A stretch of DNA of 64,000 nt, taken from positions 183,133,588-183,197,587 of the forward strand of contig NC_068982.1 in NCBI RefSeq assembly GCF_001194135.2, given 5' to 3'. A program made the position numbers and the translations under genes. The stretch comes from Octopus bimaculoides (taxonomy: Eukaryota). How positions within the stretch are numbered: the first letter of the stretch is position 1; each line of letters opens with the position of its first letter. Shown here piece after piece: positions 36,748-50,613 of the stretch. The notes below the pieces were generated by a model. It was not told where the DNA came from, did not search any database, and saw only the letters and a list, made by a program, of their open reading frames with translations.

Positions 36748-39430
36748 CTCCAAGAGAATTAGGGGTTGAGGATCCAACCCACTAAGGGATAGTATATATC
36801 CAATAAACAGCTGTAAGATTTTGTCCCTTCTCCAATTGCTAGATGTCCTGTAAATTTGAAATCTTAATTGTTGATATGACATGGTATGTCATAAGTGTCT
36901 GTATATTGTCTTTTTTGTCATTTTGGTTATAAAATAAACAGATTTATCAACGGGATACATTGTCTGCAAGTTGATGGGTACCTCATATTCCCCTCCATTT
37001 TCTTATTGCTATATATATATATATATATATTTATGTGTATGTGTGTGTCTTTGTGTCTGTGTTTGTTCCTCCACCATTGATGTTGGTGTGTTTACATCTC
37101 CATAACTTAGTGGTTCAGCAAAAGAGACCAGTAGGATAAGTTACAAAGAATAAGTCCTGGAATCAATTGCTTCGACTAAAAACCCTTTAAGGTAGTGCTC
37201 CAGCATGGCCACAGTCAAAATGATTGAAACAATTAAAAGAATAAAGGATGGATATATATATATATACAAACAGACAGGCAGACAGATAGATAGATAGATA
37301 CACACAAGGCAATTGATAATTTGCTATGTTTAAGAAGACTCACTCAGCTATGTAAAATCAAGGCCACATAGATAAATCCTTTAAGTTCATACCCCATCTC
37401 CCATACAAAATCTTCCCCCATCCACATTGAATCTCTTCCCCAAAAACTTATCTTCTCAATACCCCCTCCTTCTACCTGTACCTATTCATTACACCCTCTC
37501 TCCATCTGCAACTCTCCTTTTGCACTCTCCCCACCTGAGGTAGCCATGTTTCCCCCTCCTTTAATGCAAAACTCCTTTGTCTGTCCGTCAATACTACTCC
37601 TCACCTCAACAGAAGGTTCTTGTCTTGCAAGTTAGTTTGGTAACCTCACTGCTGCTGGTGCCATATAAACAGTACCTCATACATTCTGTGAAGTGGTTGA
37701 CAGTAGGAAGGGCATCCAACTTTAGAAACCATGCCAAAGCAGACAGAAGGGATTCGTGCAGTTTTCTGACTTGTCACTTTTAATGGAACCATCCAACCCA
37801 TGCCAGTATGGAAAACAGGCATTAAATGATGATAATAATAATGATGATGATGATGATGATGTATGTATGTATGTATAAATTTGTAGTATAAGGTATGGAT
37901 TTGAGAAAATTGTGTGGCTATCACAGAAAGCTCCTCTTACAGACTCAGTTAACAATCTACATCGTAATTCAATAGAGAAGTGTAATGTAGAGTGTCCTTA
38001 TAGCTAAAATCCAGAAGATCCAATTGAAGAAATTATTTCATGAGGTGTATATAAACCACAAAAGTCAGAAGGTAGGTGAGGTGAATATATTAACTTAATC
38101 AATTGTCATCCTTAAGATTACAGCTGTTTCACAGCTTTCTTCATGTAGTAGTAATCTCAGTGTGGAAGAAATTATGATTATATGTTTGTCTTAATATGCA
38201 TGCTACACATTATACAATACGCTTGTATATTCACAAATCAATTCAAATAAAGAAAGTTAGCTTTCTTTATTTACATTGATCTGTGAATATACAATTGTAT
38301 AATATGATTTTCTGTATTATTTGATTCTCAGTCTGAAGAATTTCTGATATAAAATTTCTTAGATGTTTTTCTAACATGTGCAACTTTGTGATCCCTATAG
38401 CAAGTGTAACATATTTAATGGTGAATAAATGATACCAAAACTATTTTCTGACTTTCTGTTTTGTTACATAAAAACTCTGCAAACAATATTTCCAGAATTT
38501 TCGACTCTGATATGCAACTCACATCAATACAACTACAACAGCAAACACATATTGGATTGTAATACTGGAATAAGCAGATGCACATCAAGAAGGCACAGCT
38601 TGGATTTTACCCTACCTATAATATATATATATATATATATATACATACATACACACATACATATGTTAGTCACTCAAATTCCAGCATAGTTATATAACAA
38701 GAAAGTACTTAGTCTCATTTTATGGCACCTTCATCAAGTGCCTTCTATTATAGCCAATGAAAACTGTGTAAGTTAATTGGGAAATGGAAACTGAAAGAAA
38801 CCTTCTCTGTGTATGTGTGTGTGCATATTTGCTTCCATTTGTGCCTTGCAAAATGAGGCATGTTGTTGTTGTTATGTATCCTGTTCACAAATCATCTTTA
38901 ACTTTGTATGTTCAAAGACATATAAAATATAAGATTCACACACTTATTGCAGCAGTCCTTCAGTTTTCCTAAGCCCTCTAAAAGAACTTGGCCAAGAACT
39001 TTTCAGGACTTCCTCATATATTTGTTTAACCTGTGCCAGCATAGAAAGACAGACATAAAAACGTATGAACGAATACACACACACACACACAGACTGTAAA
39101 CAGTGATAATAAAGAACTGTGTATGATATAACAAAAGGACACTAAAGTCAAAATGTTATATTTGGCAAATAAATAGAGGTGCCATAAGGAATGGGCCTGA
39201 TAGTGAAAAAAGACTGAGGCATGAAGAAGATGCTGTTGAAATAATCGGCAGCTGATTCTCTCCAAGAACCAATATAACTTAAAGGGAAGACTGTGAGCTG
39301 ATACTAATTGAAGTAAAATGGCCATCATAAATTGTTCTGTGATTCTATCAATTTTACAGAGTGAAGACAAGCATGGTACAATGAAGTGATCAATCAAAAG
39401 AAAGCAAAACCGTATACACATACATACTAC

Positions 39431-39471
<41 letters not shown>

Positions 39472-41477
39472 CACACACATACATACATACGCATATACAT
39501 ATACAACATATATACTACACAAGGATATACACACACTCAAGTACCCAAACAAAAACATACACAGAAAAACAGATCATATAAATACAGAGAAACATACTCA
39601 GACAGATGTGTGTGTGTCTGTGTGTGTGTGTGTGTGTCTGTGTGTGTGTGTGTCTACACATGCATATATTGAATTATAAGCAAGCACATACACAACATGC
39701 AAATACAGACACGCATACATATACACAGGTCAAAGCATATACACATACCAATATACATACACACATGCAGACTAACACACAGCAAGCGCGTGGATACACA
39801 TACACACACATATATACATATACACAAAACCATGATGTGTATGTGTATGTATGTATATATACACACACACACACACACGCGCGCGCGCGTGCACTGCCAT
39901 ATTTGGTGAGGAGATGGGTGTCACTGAAGAAGCGGAACGGATTCAATGAATTCTCCAAGATCAGTTGAAAGACATTCCCAGCTTTTTGCAGCAAGTCATT
40001 CTGGCAACGTTCCAGAGAACGAAGCAGGAATAACACTCTTTTACTATAGATTACAATACTAATCACCGTTTCCACAGAGCACAACACACAGCTTTGCTTG
40101 TTACTGGTCAATAGAGGAGCTGAGCCCTAAATAAAGATTTTTAGGGCTCTTTGTTACAGCCCCTGCTGTTGCTGTTGCTGTTAGTCTTGGTTGACAGCAT
40201 TGGATTGTGAGAGACAGGGGCAGGGTTAGATGGGACATCTGACTGCATGAATGGTTGAACACAAGAGTGGCAAAGCAGGAAGGTAGAAAGCATGAGAGAG
40301 AATGAGGGAGAAACAATAGAAAGGATGAAGCTGGGTCAGAATGAATGGTGGTGGGAGGTTCTGCAGGAGGAGCAGAATGGTGAGGTATCAGGTCCCATAG
40401 CAACAGGAAGGTTAGGAATGTAATTCATCAAGACAGAAATGATGAGTTGTGATTTTTTTTTTTTTGAAGTGGGGGAAACCCCAGACACCCCAGACATCCC
40501 AGACACAGATGGTGGGAGAGGAGGGTTGAATGGTTGCATGAGTGGGAGTAGGGAGTGAGATGGAAGAATAAAAAGGGAACATGGAACATGATAAATTGTT
40601 GATTTTCCTCTCAGGAATTGAACCAGATCACAGTACTATACAGTAGGACACGGTGAAGGGGTGAGAGAGAGAGGAATTCCATTGCAACAGGGCTTTGGAA
40701 TTGGTAAATGATGGCACCAGTTCATAGTTTCAATGCTGAGATTTTCAATTGGAAGGAGATAAAAAGAAGAAGAGGAGGAAGAGTGGTAATTAAATTTTGT
40801 TTTATTGATTTATGTTTTGATTTGTTGGTATTTAATTAAGTAGTTTATTTTATGTTTACAATTTGTAATTTTAAAATTTGCAATTAGTATTTATTACATC
40901 AAGGTCTCAAGCGTGTAGATTGTGTATATAAATTAGAAAGTTTGTGTGTAATAAACAAGTGATTCATGTATATTTATAAGTATCCACATTCTTGAGAACT
41001 TCAAATGACATTTTCTCCAATCATGTCTACATACTTGCATACACACACATGGCCTTCTAAACACACACAAATTTAAATGAATATGTATTTATACGAATGA
41101 ATTTATATCCACGAGGGTGCACACATATATATATATATGCATGTATCATTGAGTGGCTGTATGTATATATAAGTGTGTGTGTGTGTGTGTGTAAATATTT
41201 GTGTGCTGTGCATTTGTATGTGTGTAAATATCATGTAAAAAGCACCATTCGAGCAAGGTCGACAGCAGTGCTGCCTGACTGGCCCCCATGCCAGTGGCAT
41301 GTAAAAAGCACCCACTACTCTCTCAGAGTGATTGGTGTTAGGAAGGTCATCCAGATGTAGAAACCTTACTAGATCAGATAATCAAACCATCCAACCCATG
41401 CCAGCATGGAAAGTAGATGTTAAACAACTACAACGATGATGCTGATGATGATATATATATATATATACATATGTAAG

Positions 41478-41509
<32 letters not shown>

Positions 41510-41735
41510 AACATACAAATGTACAAGCACACAAATTTATATACACACATATGCATACACACACATACACTATATATACATAGACAGCCACACACTGATA
41601 CATGCACATTCATATGTGTGCACCATATACATATATACATACATATATGTATACATATGTATATATATATGAACATATACATCTAGGTATGTTTGTGTAT
41701 GCACAGATATTCAGCTGTACTTAACATATTCTTAC

Positions 41736-41846
41736 CTTGATGCTGTTTATAGGAGAACTTGTTCCTGCCAGATTTACGAAGACCCATATTCCGAAAGAGT
41801 TTCCCTAATGCTGTTGTTTTCTTCTTGCTCTCAACCAAATCCTTCT
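41736..41846 (-). CDS. SASH1: Internal coding exon (111 nt, phase 1 to 1) of the SASH1-like gene: xKDLVESKKKTTALGKLFRNMGLRKSGRNKFSYKQHQG
   Basis: Minus strand reads ttattattgtttttgcag|AGAAGG...CATCAAG|gtaaga and is stop-free. The phase-1 donor joins G|GT to the 29829 exon. The basic KKK...FR..K...G pattern resembles recalled SASH1 [25 protein letters not shown], which precedes the EITM motif. Confidence 0.68.
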
Positions 41847-42099
41847 CTGCAAAAACAATAATAATAACCCCAGTGTCACTTTGATGGCATACGCTGCTCT
41901 CTCACTCAATAACAGTAATAATAAATAATAATAATAATAATAATAACAACAATAACTGTATTGTTTATTTGCCAGAAAGATAATAGAAGGATGGAACATC
42001 ACAAGGAAAAGAAATTACAGAAATATCAATAGAAGAGGTTTATATAGAAATCATAAGAAAAAGAAAAACAGGTATGGAAAAAAATGGCATGAAAGGTAT

Positions 42100-42640
42100 G
42101 TAATGAGACATCCCACTTAGCTGGAGACAATTATCTGATTGAAGGTGGGGACACAATCAAGGAACTCCTCAGATTCGGGATTACTAGAACTGCCAAACAG
42201 TAAATGCCCTCTCCTCACTGGGTACTCCAGCCAACAGATACATGCTCATATGAAACACCATTCACTCAGGCCTTGTTCACTGCCCTCACTCATCTTTCAG
42301 CAAATTTGCTGGAGTGTAGCACCTCTCCTTTCTAGCCTCACTTTCCTCTCCAGTTGGAGACTGAAGAAGCTGATGATGAAGGTTTGGCCGAAGGTGTCAG
42401 TTTTTAGTCCTTTCGGTTCTATCCATGATACAATCACTTTTGCCATTGCCACCAGAGAGTAGGAAATTACTTGCTCTTCTTGACCAAAGAAAGGTGGTGG
42501 GCTCTTAGCCAGATCCATCCTGCACTGAACAGAGTGTTTGAAGAACAGTTTTGTCTCTTGAACACATAATGGGGCAAACCTGGCTAACTACATTACCACC
42601 CCTGGAGGGGTTATCATGAGCTGAGAATGTTACCCCAGTT
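42100..42640 (-). mobile_element. Possible L1/Tx1-like LINE 3' remnant
   Basis: Minus-strand fragments resemble the C-x2-C...H...C zinc-knuckle region and downstream C-terminus of Tx1-type ORF2. Heavily decayed. Confidence 0.35.
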
Positions 42641-42913
42641 ATAACAACAACAACAGCAATAATAATAATAATAATAATGATGATGATGATGATGATGATA
42701 ATAATAATGGTTTCAAATTTTGCCACAAGGGCAGCAATTTTGAGGGAGGAGATGAGTCAATAAGACTGACCCCAGTATGCAACAACTGGTACTTAATTTA
42801 TCGACCCCGAAGGTATGAAAGGCAAAGTCGACCTCGGCAGAATTTGAATGCAGAACATAGCAACAGGCGTGCTAACAATTCTGCCAGCTCACCACCTTAT
42901 AATGATAATAATG

Positions 42914-42948
<35 letters not shown>

Positions 42949-43850
42949 TAAGCAGAAGTCTACAGATTTTTAAAGAAGAATGAATTAACCTAATATACAA
43001 CTAGTACTTATTTTTTCTATAATGGTGATGGTGAATGTGATGGTGCTGGTGCTGATGGTTGTGATAAAGGTAATGATAATGGTGGAGGTAGTGGAGGTGG
43101 TTATGATAAAGGTTGTGATGGTGATGGTGATGGTGATGGTGGTGGTGGTGGTGGTGGTGGTGGTGGTGGTGATGGTAGAGGTGGCTCAGTGATGACGCTG
43201 GTAGTGATGATGATGGTGCAGTTATTTTTATTGATTTTGATCAAGTAGACCTATGATTTAATATAATATCTTCCAGATGGCACTCTCCTGTCCTTTACAC
43301 AGGCACAATGTATCTAGGAATACATTATCCAATATGTCATTGGTTTATTAAGACAACAGTGCAATCAATACGAGGAAGGCTTGGCTGCTATTTCTAAAAG
43401 ATCAAATGACCATGCAGAGACTCTGCCATTGACCTGTTGCTGATAATGATGGTGGTGATGATGATGATGATGATAATGTGGAGGAGGAGGAGGAGGAGGA
43501 GGAGAAGGACATTTGTATAATGGACTTGGAAACCGATTGTGGGGTGAGGTTAGCAACTGAGTGGTTGGAGTAGCAGACAAAATGAAATGTCGATGGGTCA
43601 TTTAGTAGACAAGAGACAAAGGTCAATGGTTGCCACATCAGCCAAAAGGAGAGGTCAATGGTTAGTGGTAGCAGACAAAAATGAGAAGTTAATGGTTCAT
43701 ATTTTGTGAGCAGCACTGTAGTATGTCTGGCTGGGGTTAACACTGTTAATCGCTCACCTAGCTATAAATTGAGTCCTATGAGCTGGTGGTATGTCATAAC
43801 TGTCCACCTGGCCATACATAGTTACTACCAGGTGGTGTATCTCTCATCTA

Positions 43851-43972
43851 CAGGCAATGACACTGATAATGACATATTGACTTATAGCTGGAGTCCAATT
43901 CTTTCCATACCCAGGCAATGACACTGATAATGACATATTGACTTATAGCTGGAGTCCAATTCTTTCCATACC
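43851..43972. repeat. Perfect 61-bp tandem duplication
   Basis: caggcaatgacactgataatgacatattgacttatagctggagtccaattctttccatacc occurs twice, starting at 43851 and 43912. Confidence 0.95.
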
Positions 43973-44289
43973 CCCAAAATATCTACAGATCAATGCTGCA
44001 CACCTTTATGGAAACTAAAGTGAAGTTTCATAAAGACTATTATGGATTCTTGTGGTTTGTTAAAAAATTAGCAAGAACTCTTAGCTATGTAACAATTTTA
44101 GTTTACTAAATATCTGTTGAGTATGGTAGATATGGTAGATCCACTCCATCCTCTCCAAAATGTTGAACATCACACAACTTCTCATGTTAATCCTATATCT
44201 ATAGCAGATAGAAAGGTTTATGCTGATCCCATATCTATAACAGACAAAAGAGTTTCACACAATATAGGTTTCTCCTTTATAATAAATAA

Positions 44290-44532
44290 ATAAATGCGCC
44301 CTTTTAAAGTCTAGTCAGGCTCATGGGCCCAGTTTCAATGGCTTATGTGTACCCCAGCTGGACGGGACGCCAGTCCATCGCAGTGTTACTCATTTTTGCA
44401 AGCTGAGTGGACTGGAACAACATGAAATGAAGTGTTTTGCTCAAGAACACAACGCGTCGCTCGGTCCAGGAATCGAAACCACAATCTTACGATCATGGTG
44501 CTGACACCTTAACCACTATGCCACGCGCCTCC
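44290..44532 (-). mobile_element. tRNA-derived SINE with CORE/Meta-like central domain; related copies at ~51105-51395 (-) and ~58790-58935 (+)
   Basis: Minus strand reads ggaggcgcgtggcatagtggttaagg...gtttcgattcc...gtgttcttgagcaaaacactt...gtccactcagct...gatggactggcgtcccgtccag, ending in an (attt)n tail. Confidence 0.75.
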
Positions 44533-46567
44533 ACAGGTTTCCCATTTAGGATTAGAAGATACTTTCAAGTCTGTTCAGTCACTCATTCTTTTGTGATGGT
44601 GCTGATACAATGTCTCATCCCACCAAAAGGATCTGACGAGTTGGGAAAATCATCCCTTACCAACACTGAAAACAAATTACTAACATATATGTTCATTGTC
44701 TATCTGTCTGTTTGTTCAACCACAACTTCGGCAGTTTTTGAGTCTCTGAACAAGCAAAGCTGTGTATCACTCTAGCCTTCAACCTTATTGAAGTTTCTCT
44801 CACTATAACCCCATACTAAGCACAAACAAAATACAATCTTTCTTCTCCATAACTGCAACTCTCAAAATACATCTCTGTCCTCATTTTCCCTCCTGTACAA
44901 GTAACAGTTGACCATCACCCACATCAATCTCAGCAATAGGGGAGTGCCACCAAAAGCCCATGGCATTGCCCTTCTCTTTTGGCCAAATGATATAAATTAT
45001 AAAAACAGGTCTGTCAAGCATGTTTGTCAAACATTAAACATGATTCTGTTATTAAAATGTTTGTCAAACATTACAACTATATCAAACATGACAACATGCC
45101 AAAGAAGCATTCAATTTTCAAATAGTACAACTCTTTTAAACATGTTTGTCATTACAACTTCATCAAACATTACAATATGTTTGCCAGGCATTACAGGTTA
45201 GTCGGTGAACTACAATATTTCACATGGAGGTAACATGTCAATAAAACCATGGACATTAGCAGACTACTCATTGAATGTCACTAGGGTTTAATAGTATCAC
45301 ATGGTAGGCTAAACTAGATGTGTGAAGTGGAGAGCATACAGTGAGAACACAATATCAAATGGAGGTGTTGACTGTTCAAGGTGGAGACAACACGAAGGTC
45401 ACAAAAAAAGTCAACAGTTTGGTCATTGTTTTACACTGTTTTGGTTGGTGTATTTTCTGGCCATCTTCCGGTGTTTCACATTGTATATGTGAGGATATCC
45501 ACTTGTGTGCATCTGTAGAAAAGATTTGTGTGTTTGTGTAGTAAAAGGTTCTGTGCATGGGTTGTGAGTAACTGATTTATTTCTGTTTCTGTGTATACAT
45601 GCCTGTACTATGTCGTGTAAGTGTATGTACGTATATGTCTGTGTGCATTTGTGTTAGAGTGTGTGTGCATGTGGGTGCATATATGCATGTGCTAGGTAGA
45701 AATGATATCCAAACCAAAGAGGCAATCAGAACCTGAAGACTGTTAAAAGATACACCAAGGGAACTGTTGTGTTTAAGTAACAGGAAACATGAAATAAATA
45801 AACTTTAAGAGTCTACCTCTACACAAAACTGAGAACTGTACTTGGAGACAAGTGGTTCAAGTTGGTCAGGGTGGGGAAATAAATCACAAAGTAAAAACTA
45901 AACTAGTCATGATGTAGGAATGGAAACAAACGACAACAACAACTACAATAATGACAACAACAACAACATCAACCAAGAAAGAACAGGAGCACTAATTTGC
46001 ATAATACATGACCACAGAGATAACAAAACAAAGTAAGGGGTGTCATAGAGAAGTGAAATACCCAACATCATACGAGGTTAGCCCAAATTCATAGGAACTC
46101 TACAAGAAAAGAAGATGACAGAAATAGCAACAAAAACGAACATTTTAACAATAATTTGTAACTGGCTTTTAGACTTCTAGAATAAGGAAATTTACCAAAA
46201 CATTTATTATAGTTTAAGTGTAACAGATTAACTAACAGACTGTGAAAACACAAGCAAAAAATAAACACAGTTTATATATATATATTTAGTAAAGTTCATG
46301 TATTTGATAAAATTGTAGGCAACGAAGAGTACAGAATGAGAAATCATTATACAAATTTTCAAAATTTACCAAATTATTTTTGCCAATAGAGGTCGCTACT
46401 AGTTCTCAGGAGCATTGGTTTTATTTGTGTAAATAAATGTGATTTTAGGTGAATAAAAAAAGGTTACTGCTAGCAAAGTCCCTGACCATAAACACTGTCT
46501 CAAAAATTCCTACTCGATCCATGCTAATGCAGAAAAGCAGACATGAAACAATGATTACACATGTGCA

Positions 46568-46636
<69 letters not shown>

Positions 46637-48124
46637 GCACATATACATATATATATATAGCTGTCTAAGAATCCATAGGTCTGAAAAAATATGCACTTGT
46701 AAATTTGTCAATAGAGTGGGTATATTAATCGAAGTGTACAGTGTTATACATATATTATGGCCAACCGTACCAACTGGTTTCACACTAGGAGTTCAATAAA
46801 GTGTTAGGTAACATCCCGATTATGTAACCCTGTGCTCTTCAGAGATGGCAGTTATGGAATGAAATATGGCAACTGCTCTCACACTGCACACTTCAATTAA
46901 TGTGTGTGTGTGTGTATGTGTGTGTGTGTGTGTGTGTATGTGTGTGTGTATGTGCATGCGCGCATGTATGCGTGTACATGTGTGTGTGTGTGCGTGCATG
47001 TGTGTGTATAGGCTTGTCTTTATCAGCATCGGCATTCTTTTATCAACCAGACTGGAAATTCACCTCAGCTTTATCAAAGCACACATACATTTAGAATAAC
47101 CTGGTCAGTTTTTTTTACACTCTCATACAGACATAAAAGATTTTGGTAAAAACTCAGCTGCCATCTGTATGTGGTTATTGATTTCAAAATTTGAAAGGTC
47201 TGAATTTAAGATCTGAGTTTTTATCAAATTTGCGACCCCAAATGAATAATGCCATATGCACTTATAAATAAAGGAAAATTATTAATTCCCACATTCATAT
47301 TCTACCATGCTTCTTATCTCCATTCCTGAAAAATTCTTCTTTAACCCTTCGGCATTCAAATTATCTGTCAAATGTAATGCTTATTTATTTACATTGTTTG
47401 GAATTAATCAAGCATCATCTCGTATCTCTGAGATGTCAATGATGTTTACTTTTAGAATGACATAACAGGGTAGGTATAAGAGACCACATCTGGCTGCTTT
47501 ATATGCGAACAGGTCAAAGAAGCTGTTTTTCTTGTAACTCATCTTTATTCCTCTTGCATGCTTCATACATTTTCAATTAAATTTTCTTATATCGTTGCCA
47601 GCATATCACTTTTTTTTCTTCTATCCATTTACAAACCTCTTCTGGACCATACTTTTCTACACACCATACATGCATCTTCTGCATCTATTTATGTTGCTTC
47701 TTTATTTTCATTTTTCAAATGCATATTCTAAACCACTCAAACTTTTCTTATCTCTTCTCACTGTCTATATAAATAGCAGAGTTGCTTTATGTTCTCAATT
47801 AACATTGAATTTCAATATCAAGACAAGCCAAACTTGTCATGATATTCAATTATTTCCTGAATGCTTTATGATATGTATTGGTTTCTTTCTTCTGTGGTCC
47901 ATAACTTTCAGAAGGAAGTGAGAAACTCAGAGTAATGATTCATGAGCTTTGAAGAGTCCAGTATTCAGTACTTACTTTTGTCTCTCTTTTTTGCCTTGTA
48001 GCAATTATACATATATATACGTACGTACGTGTGTGTGTGTGTGTGTACATACCATTGGCTGAAGATTAGCATCACACTTGAAACTCAGAGTACCAAGGAG
48101 TTTGAATCAAACTATTTTGATTTG

Positions 48125-48203
<79 letters not shown>

Positions 48204-48297
48204 TTCTTTTTCAGGAACAGCTTAATGTATTGGTGAACAGTCAACAGCACTGGAGAGCATAAGGATTAAAGTTGTAGTTGAGAAAAAGTTAACTGAC

Positions 48298-49323
48298 ATG
48301 GAGTACTGGAAGCCATCTGGATATTGGAAAAGAGTTACCTCTATCATGATGATTCGCACTCGAGTATCAAAATGTCAATGTTATGACTGCTATTCAATGC
48401 TCTGTGAACACTGTAAAGTCTGTAAGATGTGATATGGAGAGCTATGCAATGAAGACTATGAAACCATGGCCAGCAGGAAGGGATACAGCAGATGTTCTGA
48501 CTGTGTCTGCAAGCCAGAATTCATCCAAGAATTGCAAGACAAAGTGATGGAAGATCCAAGAAAGGGAATTTGGACTTTGGTGAGAGAGATGGGTAATGCT
48601 ATTGACATCATGAAGCTGGCCTTAAAGGAGGACTCATGCACGAGGTACAAGAAACAAATTCTGACAACCAAGGCCCAGAAGTACTGCTTGATGAAAAGCA
48701 AAGAGACTTTGAACAAGCTGAGGGATCCTGTGGAGTCAGAGATGACCCGGTTTTTCTCAGATGAAAAGAACTTCTGCTAGGATCACTTGTACAACACCCA
48801 GAACCGGTAACCTGCCTACTGCCTATGTCATGTCCCGTTGTATCATGAAAACCATTTTCCCCCACACTGTAATGTCACCTTAGTAAGGGTGATGTGATGC
48901 CACTTCAAATTTTTGAACAGAGCCTTAGGCTCAATTCAGACACCTTTGTGAAGCTACTGGAGACTGTGGTCAAACCCTGGATGGAAATGGTTGCCACTTG
49001 AAGGCCATATGTGTGACAGCAGGATTCAGCTCCTTGCCATGAGAGTCAGGAGCAGCTATCAGAGAATTTTCATGACTTTACCAGCCCCTGACTTCATCAG
49101 TTCCACTGATTATAATCCCATGGATTACAATGTACGGGGTGCAATTTCAAAAGACATCAACTGCTCTGCCTGCAACACAACAGTAAGGCCATGCTGGTGA
49201 CCAAGATCAAGGAGGTGTTCAAAGATGTTTCCAGAGTCACAGTGAGGAATGCAGGAATGCATGCACCAGGTTCCAGAGCTGTCTTGAAGCCCTGATGAAG
49301 CAGAGAGTGGCTACATTGAGTGA
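48298..49323 (+). pseudogene. Degenerate Tc1/mariner transposase (maT/DD37D-like)
   Basis: Fragments PEFIQELQDKVMEDPRKG..., FFSDEKNF (first catalytic D) and DYNPMDYNVRGAISKDIN (SPDxNPxDY-like), ending ...GYIE-stop. Many stops and frameshifts. TIRs not resolved. Confidence 0.75.
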
Positions 49324-49478
49324 ACAGTTGTCTCCCAGCCATAATCTAGTTGATATTTTTCGAATTTTAAAATACTTTTAATTTTGAGTGGAATACCATG
49401 TTTTCTCTTCCTTTCATGCTAACTGCCAAGTTTAGACTTAACACTCTCCTCCCTCCCTCTCCCCCCCTCTCTCTCTCT

Positions 49479-49534
<56 letters not shown>

Positions 49535-49564
49535 CTGCAGCTACATGGCTGAAATGAGTACAAG

Positions 49565-49606
<42 letters not shown>

Positions 49607-50613
49607 ACTTAATGGTTCGGCAAAAGAGACTGATGGAATAAGTACTAGGCTTACAAAGAATAAGTCCTAGGGTTGATTTTTTCAACTAAAGGCATTGCTC
49701 CAGCATGGCCAGAGTCAGATGACTAAAACAAGTGAAACAGTGAAAGAGTAAAAGAGCATGTATGTATGTATGTATGTATGTATGTATGTATGTATATGTG
49801 TGTGTGTATGTATGAATGGTTTTGATTGACTATATTTTGTCCTAAAATATACATTAAGCTATGAATATGCTAATTTTGACAGTTGAGTACTGAGCTATTT
49901 TTAATATTGCTGTTATTTTCTGTGGAGATGATTCACAGAGAAAATTGTGCATATGAAAAAAATACAATCTACTTCTGGAATAGTCAGTTTTTCAAAATAA
50001 TGCCAGCAATGAAATATAGCGTTGGATTTAAATTTTATTAAAACATTTTAAAAACATATAGAAAGGGAAGTTTTAAAATTTGCTTTAGAATTTGTCATGC
50101 TTCTAAGAATGTCATTCACTAGTGTGTTCAATACAATGGGAGTTAGATGAATGAGAGGTAAGTCTTTGAAAATTTGGCCATTCATGGCCAAACTGGAAAC
50201 CAGTTGGGTATCATTCTTTGCTGTTGTTGTTCAGCTTTGGATTAACTTAGATCAAGCAGAGCTATGACCAAAGATATTTCTAACAATAACCATTCCGTCT
50301 GTTAATAATTGACTTCAAATTAAAAATGGTAGAGAATGATTTGGTTACTATTTCTAGCAGGTTGAGCAACCTAGTAGAGACCTTGCTATTGCGTTTAGTG
50401 CTAGAATAGCTTGCTATGATGGAATTTCCATCACTTTTGATGACAAATAGTCGAATGTTTGATTAAGTAGATAGTGAGATTATGGTGGCTGATGTTCATC
50501 TTGAATACTTGAGATAAATGGCATTTATTTACAACAATTCACGTAATATCAAGACAAGGAAATACAAAATGCTCATTCTCACACTTATACGTATACATTC
50601 AAATACACACACA

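Larger units (their letters stand above)
8263..41846 (-). other. SASH1: Minimal span of the SASH1-like transcription unit in this window (introns ~21.4 kb and ~11.9 kb); gene probably extends beyond both exon ends
   Basis: Three phase-compatible exons. No start exon and no SH3/SAM exon were recognised in the window. Confidence 0.7.

Noticed and set aside
39674-40111. Minus-strand ORF segment RSLERCQNDLLQKAGNVFQLILENSLNPFRFFSDTHLLTKYG as another SASH1 exon
   Set aside because: It looks protein-like, but I found no convincing donor before it runs into (CG)/(GT)n, and resemblance to the SASH1 N-terminus is weak with the wrong spacing.
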